From positions 1-11,936 of the forward strand of contig CAMXWV010000017.1 in NCBI GenBank assembly GCA_947252755.1: a DNA stretch of 11,936 nucleotides. The letters are read 5' to 3'. Position 1 is the stretch's first letter. Every line of letters starts with the position of its first letter. The position numbers were made by a program, and so were the translations under genes. Positions 8,145-11,936 of the stretch are shown here, one piece after another. This stretch comes from an uncultured Dermabacter sp. Lineage in GTDB: Bacteria; Actinomycetota; Actinomycetes; Actinomycetales; Dermabacteraceae. The notes beneath the pieces were generated by a model. The model saw only the letters and a list, made by a program, of their open reading frames with translations, searched no databases and was not told where the DNA came from.

Positions 8145-9583
8145 TGGCATCGACCCCCTCGGCATCGGTGAGCAAGAGGCTCGTCCTGGTCACGGTGACC
8201 GCAGCGCTGGGCTTCTTCCTCTTCGGCTACGACACGGCCGTCATCAACGGGGCTATCGACGCGCTCGCCGACCACTACGGCCTCGGCAGTGGCCTCAAGG
8301 GCTTCGCGGTCTCCTCTGCCCTGCTCGGTTGCGTCATCGGCGCGTGGTTCGCCGGCCCGCTGTCGAACCGCGTCGGCCGGGTGCCAGTCATGCTCACCTC
8401 GTCCGTCCTCTTCCTCGCGTCGGCGATAGGTACTGGCCTCGCGTTCGGCATCACCGATCTCATCGTGTGGCGGGTCGTCGGCGGTCTCGGAGTCGGCGCC
8501 GCCTCCGTCATCGCCCCCACCTACATCGCCGAGATCTCTCCAGCACACATGCGCGGGCGCCTCGTCTCGATGCAGGGCCTCGCGGGTGTCACCGGCATCG
8601 CGGTCTCGCTCTTCGTCGATGCCGGCCTGGCGTGGCAGGCCGGCGGTGCCGCGAACCCCCTCTGGTTCGACCTGCCCGCGTGGCGGTGGATGTTCATCGT
8701 CGAGGCGGTTCCGGCCATCGCCTACGGCGTCGCCGCACTGAGGGTGCCGGAGTCACCGCGATACCTCGTCGGCCTCGGGCGCGACGCGGACGCCGAGCAC
8801 GTGCTGAGGACCTGCACGGGCCTGGCCGACCCACGCGCGAAGATCGAGGAGATCCGTGGCTCGCTGCAGACGGACCGCCGCGCATCGCTACGCGATCTCG
8901 CGGGTCGGGCGTTCGGGCTCAAGCCGATCGTGTGGGTAGGCATCCTCGTCGCGGCCGCCCAGCAGTTCGTCGGTATCAACGTCATCTTCTACTACTCGAC
9001 CACCCTCTGGCGCTCGGTCGGATTCGGTGAGTCGAACGCACTGCTCATCACCGGGATCACCTCCCTCATCAACATTGGCGCGACGGTGCTCTCAATCCTG
9101 CTCATCGACAAGGTTGGCAGGCGCCTGCTCATGCTCTCCGGGTCACTCGGCATGGCGGTGACCCTCGGGGTCATGGCACTCGCGTTCTCGCAGGCGATCA
9201 CCACCGTCGCTGGTGAGGTCCTGCTGCCGGGCGTCTGGGGTGTGGTCGCCCTCGTCAGCGCGAACCTGTTCGTCGCCTTCTTCGGCGCGACCTGGGGCTC
9301 GGTCATGTGGGTGGTGCTCGGCGAGATGTTCCCCAACCGAATCCGTGCCGGGGCGATGGCCGTCTCGACCGCCGTGAACTGGCTGTCGAACTTCGCCATC
9401 TCGACCACCTTCCCCGTGATGGCGGCGATCTCGTTGACCGGCTCGTACAGTTTCTACGCACTCAGCGCCCTCGCGTCGTTCTTCCTCGTGAAGCACCTCG
9501 TCAAGGAGACGGCGGGCATCGAGCTCGAGGACATGGACAGTCAGCTCCGACACACGCCTGCCCCGGATCACGGCAATCGGTAG
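8144..9583 (+). CDS. MFS sugar-porter-family transporter
   Basis: 479 aa. It has the sugar-porter N-terminal FGYDTAVINGA, PESPRYL, and 12-TM-like hydrophobic periodicity. The ATG 8144-8146 overlaps the glucosidase stop TGA 8142-8144 (TGATG coupling), with GGGGAG 9 nt upstream. Confidence 0.85.
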   Translation: MASTPSASVSKRLVLVTVTAALGFFLFGYDTAVINGAIDALADHYGLGSGLKGFAVSSALLGCVIGAWFAGPLSNRVGRVPVMLTSSVLFLASAIGTGLAFGITDLIVWRVVGGLGVGAASVIAPTYIAEISPAHMRGRLVSMQGLAGVTGIAVSLFVDAGLAWQAGGAANPLWFDLPAWRWMFIVEAVPAIAYGVAALRVPESPRYLVGLGRDADAEHVLRTCTGLADPRAKIEEIRGSLQTDRRASLRDLAGRAFGLKPIVWVGILVAAAQQFVGINVIFYYSTTLWRSVGFGESNALLITGITSLINIGATVLSILLIDKVGRRLLMLSGSLGMAVTLGVMALAFSQAITTVAGEVLLPGVWGVVALVSANLFVAFFGATWGSVMWVVLGEMFPNRIRAGAMAVSTAVNWLSNFAISTTFPVMAAISLTGSYSFYALSALASFFLVKHLVKETAGIELEDMDSQLRHTPAPDHGNR

Positions 9584-9608
9584 CCGGGCGAACCCCACCG
9601 CACCGATC

Positions 9609-9645
9609 GGTGTGCTCCGTCGGTCCACGACCGACGGAGCACACC
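9609..9645 (+). terminator. 15-bp perfect-stem hairpin 26 nt after the transporter stop (terminator-like, no T-tract)
   Basis: ggtgtgctccgtcgg-tccacga-ccgacggagcacacc. Confidence 0.5.
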
Positions 9646-9666
9646 TGTGGCCGTTCGGGTGAGGGC

Positions 9667-9867
9667 ATGCTCGTCACCGCCACCGTCGATGACCTGGCAC
9701 GGGAGGCCGACGCGCGCGCCGCGGTGGACAACCTGGCCGCGACCGCCCGGCTGCGGCTGCGCCCGGTGTACGGCTCGCAGGACTCCGCCTTCGCGGCCGC
9801 CCTGCCGCTGGGCCTGGTGCTGCCCAAGCACATCAAGATCCCGGCCGAGCTGAGGGAGAAGCTGTGA
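9667..9867 (+). CDS. Small hypothetical protein (66 aa), translationally coupled to the downstream ATPase fragment
   Basis: ATG at 9667 after GGTGAGGG. Its stop TGA (9865-9867) overlaps the GTG start (9864) of the next ORF as GTGA. It is Ala/Arg/Leu-rich with no recognisable domain. Confidence 0.4.
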   Translation: MLVTATVDDLAREADARAAVDNLAATARLRLRPVYGSQDSAFAAALPLGLVLPKHIKIPAELREKL

Positions 9868-10250
9868 CCACGACAGACCAGACCCAGCAGCGGACCGGCC
9901 GGGGAACACGAGCCGGCAAGCCAGCGCCGGTGCGGCCGCGGCGCCCGCCGATGCGCGGCTGGCTCGGGCGCGGGCGCGGGCAGTCCTTCTACCTGCAGAC
10001 CCCGGCCGAGTGGCGCGGCACGACCATGCAGGTCTGCGGTCTGTGGCCCTTCGCCGTCGGCGCCGGCACCCCGATGGTCGGTGTCCCGTTCGGGCGCCAC
10101 ATCCACACCGGCGCCACCCTGTGCTGCGACCCCATCTCCTGGTACCAGCGCGCCAACCTCATCGGGAACCCCTCGGTGTTCTTCCTCGGCCGCCCCGGCC
10201 TGGGCAAGACCTCGGCGGTCATGCGCACGGCCGTGGGCCTCAGCGGCTAA
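9864..10250 (+). pseudogene. N-terminal fragment (128 aa) of a conjugation/DNA-transfer-type P-loop ATPase
   Basis: Basic Pro/Arg-rich N-terminus, then FYLQTPAEWRGTTMQVCGLWPF...VFFLGRPGLGKTS (Walker A GxxGxGKT). The ORF stops 15 codons after Walker A. No Walker B or later motifs are present before the IS at 10335. Confidence 0.5.
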
Positions 10251-10382
10251 GGGGTCATCCCGCTCGTGCGTAGCTCCTGCGAAAGTACGAGGCACCGGTA
10301 CCAAAGTCCCATTTTCAAGGGCGAACACTTTCCCGGCTCTTCGCGAACGAGGGTGTAGTCGGTTGAGTGCGTCGGTGGCCGG

Positions 10383-10460
10383 GTAGGGGTCGAGGTCTTT
10401 CGGATGATGGAAGTTCTTCACGCTTGCCATCTCGAAAGACCTCGACGTGCTCCACCCTAC
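10383..10460 (+). promoter_or_regulatory. Long imperfect stem-loop in the IS leader ending at the transposase start codon
   Basis: gtcgaggtctttcg (10389-10402) is the exact reverse complement of cgaaagacctcgac (10433-10446). The outer gtaggg/ccctac extension and an inner gatggaag/cttgccatc stem add to it. The GTG start (10447) is immediately 3' of the right arm, and there is no obvious SD. Confidence 0.35.
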
Positions 10461-11754
10461 TTTCGCGACCCCTGACTTGACCACGTTCTGCCGGCTCGAC
10501 GAGCTCGGGCTCGTCGCCGTCGGCCAGCTGATCGAGCCGGATCGGGCCACGATCGAATGCCGCGTCGTCGAGGACGACCCGTGGTGTCGGAAGTGCGGTG
10601 TCGAGGGCGTGCCGCGGGACACGGTCACGCGTCGACTGGCGCACGAGCCGTTCGGGCACCGGCCGACGACCCTGCTGGTGCGGGTGCGCCGGTACCGGTG
10701 CGGACACTGCCGGCGCACGTGGCGGCAGGACATGACGCGGGCAGCGGCGCCGCGTGCGAAGATCTCCCGCGGCGGCCTGGAGTGGGCGCTGCGGGGCATC
10801 GTCATCGACCACCTCACCGTGACCCGTGTCGCCGCGGGCCTGGGGGTGTCCTGGAGCGCCGCGAACACTGCGGTGCTCGCGGAGGGCAAGCGTCGACTGA
10901 TCGACGATCCCGCCCGGTTCGACGCGGTCACCACGATCGGTGTCGACGAGCACGTCTGGCGGCACACCCGCCTCGGCGACAAGTACGTGACCGTGATCAT
11001 CGACCTCACCCCGGCCCGCGAGAAGACAGGACCCGCGCGGCTGCTGGACATGGTCAAGGGTCTTTCGAAGGCGGTGTTCAAGCAGTGGCTCGCCGCCCGC
11101 CCTGCGGACTGGGCGAAGCGGATCGAGGTGGTCGCGATGGACGGCTTCGCAGGCTTCAAGACCGCCGCCGCCGAAGAACTCCCCGACGCCGTCCCCGTCA
11201 TGGACCCGTTCCACGTGGTCCGCCTCGCCGGCGACGCGCTGGATGTCTGCCGGCGTCGGGTCCAGCAAGACACCACCGGTCACCGCGGGCTCAAGGGCGA
11301 CCCGCTCTACAAAGCCCGCCGCACCCTGCACACCGGGGCGAGCCTGCTCACCGACCGGCAGCGGGCACGCCTGGACGCAGTGTTCGCGAGCGAGGAGCAC
11401 GTCGAAGTCGAGGCGACCTGGGGCATCTACCAGCGCATCGTCGCGGCCTACCGGGAGCCCGACAAGAAGAAAGCGAAGGCGATGGTGCAGGAGGTAATCG
11501 CTGCGATCAGCAGCGGCGTTCCCGCGGCGCTCGTCGAGGTCCGCAAGCTCGGCCGGACCATGAAGCAGCGGGCGGGCGACATCCTCGCGTTCTTCGACCG
11601 CCCCGGCACCAGCAACGGCCCGACCGAGGCGATCAACGGCCGGCTCGAACACCTCCGCGGCTCCGCACTCGGATTCCGCAACCTCACCCACTACATCGCA
11701 CGCAGTCTGCTCGAAGCCGGAGGGTCCAGACCCGCACTACACCCTCGTTCGTGA
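10447..11754 (+). CDS. ISL3-family transposase
   Basis: 435 aa. N-terminal zinc-finger-like Cys pairs (CRKCG...CGHCRR), DDE-type core (GVDEH, VAMDGFAGF, DPFHVV) and C-terminal NGPTEAINGRLEHL. The stop TGA lies within the right IR. Confidence 0.9.
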   Translation: MLHPTFATPDLTTFCRLDELGLVAVGQLIEPDRATIECRVVEDDPWCRKCGVEGVPRDTVTRRLAHEPFGHRPTTLLVRVRRYRCGHCRRTWRQDMTRAAAPRAKISRGGLEWALRGIVIDHLTVTRVAAGLGVSWSAANTAVLAEGKRRLIDDPARFDAVTTIGVDEHVWRHTRLGDKYVTVIIDLTPAREKTGPARLLDMVKGLSKAVFKQWLAARPADWAKRIEVVAMDGFAGFKTAAAEELPDAVPVMDPFHVVRLAGDALDVCRRRVQQDTTGHRGLKGDPLYKARRTLHTGASLLTDRQRARLDAVFASEEHVEVEATWGIYQRIVAAYREPDKKKAKAMVQEVIAAISSGVPAALVEVRKLGRTMKQRAGDILAFFDRPGTSNGPTEAINGRLEHLRGSALGFRNLTHYIARSLLEAGGSRPALHPRS

Positions 11755-11760
11755 AGAGCC

Positions 11761-11936
11761 GGTAAAACCCGGGAATACCGCACGGTTCTCACGCTCTATG
11801 CGCGCGGAAGGAGGGACCCGTGGTCTCCTGTTGCTATGCCCCCTACCCCGGTAGAGCGTGGGTTTAGTGCGGTAAAACCACGGAATACTGCACTATTCTC
11901 ACGTTCTGCGTCCGCTACGGACACGAGCCGCCCCTT
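11761..11936. repeat. Tandem ~111-bp repeat array, right part (unit 11761-11870, degenerate partial unit 11871-11936, window end)
   Basis: 11761-11870 aligns to 3737-3849 with about 8 substitutions and a 2-bp C-run indel. 11871-11911 matches the first ~40 bp of the unit and then diverges. Confidence 0.8.

Larger units (their letters stand above)
3858..11760. mobile_element. Composite-transposon-like unit: decayed inverted IS end + 6.4-kb mosaic cargo + intact ISL3-family IS, flanked by 8-bp direct repeats GGTAAAAC
   Basis: Both outer ends are IS right-end IRs facing outward: ggctcttcacgaacgagggtgtag at 3858-3881 and its reverse complement at 11737-11760. GGTAAAAC lies immediately outside on both sides (3850-3857 and 11761-11768). 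Removing 3858-11768 restores a continuous repeat unit. Confidence 0.65.
10335..11760 (+). mobile_element. Intact ISL3-family insertion sequence (1426 bp)
   Basis: 24/25-bp terminal IRs: ggctcttcGcgaacgagggtgtag (10335-10358) and the reverse complement of 11737-11760, ggctcttcAcgaacgagggtgtag. GGCTCTTC termini are ISL3-like. A single transposase ORF ends inside the right IR. Confidence 0.9.

Noticed and set aside
6357-8165. 602-aa minus-strand ORF
   Set aside because: Antisense to the GH13 glucosidase, whose conserved catalytic regions identify the plus strand as coding.
8047-9030. 327-aa plus-strand ORF overlapping the MFS gene
   Set aside because: Alternative frame of the transporter gene. 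Arg-rich junk, whereas the transporter frame has sugar-porter motifs and hydrophobic helices.
9501-11276. 591-aa and 458-aa minus-strand ORFs (9501-11276, 10315-11691) and 402-aa plus-strand ORF 10557-11765
   Set aside because: All overlap the transposase gene in other frames or the opposite strand. Arg/Pro/Ala-rich junk. The transposase frame carries the zinc-finger and DDE-region motifs.

Overview
High-GC (about 70%) actinobacterial-type window. The left 3.7 kb looks like ordinary chromosome: ptsI (PTS enzyme I, minus strand) divergent from a UPF0371/DUF1846 gene (plus), followed by a hairpin plus T-tract terminator. The rest of the window is the main result. A tandem array of degenerate ~111-bp repeats (3719-3857, resuming 11761-11936) is split by a 7.9-kb insertion with the architecture of a composite transposon. 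Its left boundary (3858-3911) is a decayed inverted copy of the right end of an ISL3-family IS. Its right boundary is a complete 1.43-kb ISL3-family IS (10335-11760; transposase 10447-11754). Both outer ends abut the same 8-bp sequence GGTAAAAC, which is the 8-bp target duplication expected for ISL3. The cargo between the IS ends is a mosaic of at least three abrupt junctions: (i) a low-GC internal fragment of an AAA_21/AAA_15-type ATPase (degenerate signature motif, Walker B DEPGLSLH, H-loop TTHSP; no Walker A, no C-terminal domain). This fragment is fused at about 4336 to (ii) a 5'-truncated SPFH/stomatin-like gene. Then come (iii) an intact LacI-family regulator (minus) divergent from a translationally coupled GH13 alpha-glucosidase and MFS sugar-porter operon with a candidate operator palindrome, and (iv) a fragment of a conjugative-element-like module (a 66-aa ORF translationally coupled to a 128-aa Walker-A ATPase N-terminus), which is cut off just before the intact IS. 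Most other long ORFs in the six-frame track are antisense shadows of these genes, as expected in GC-rich DNA.
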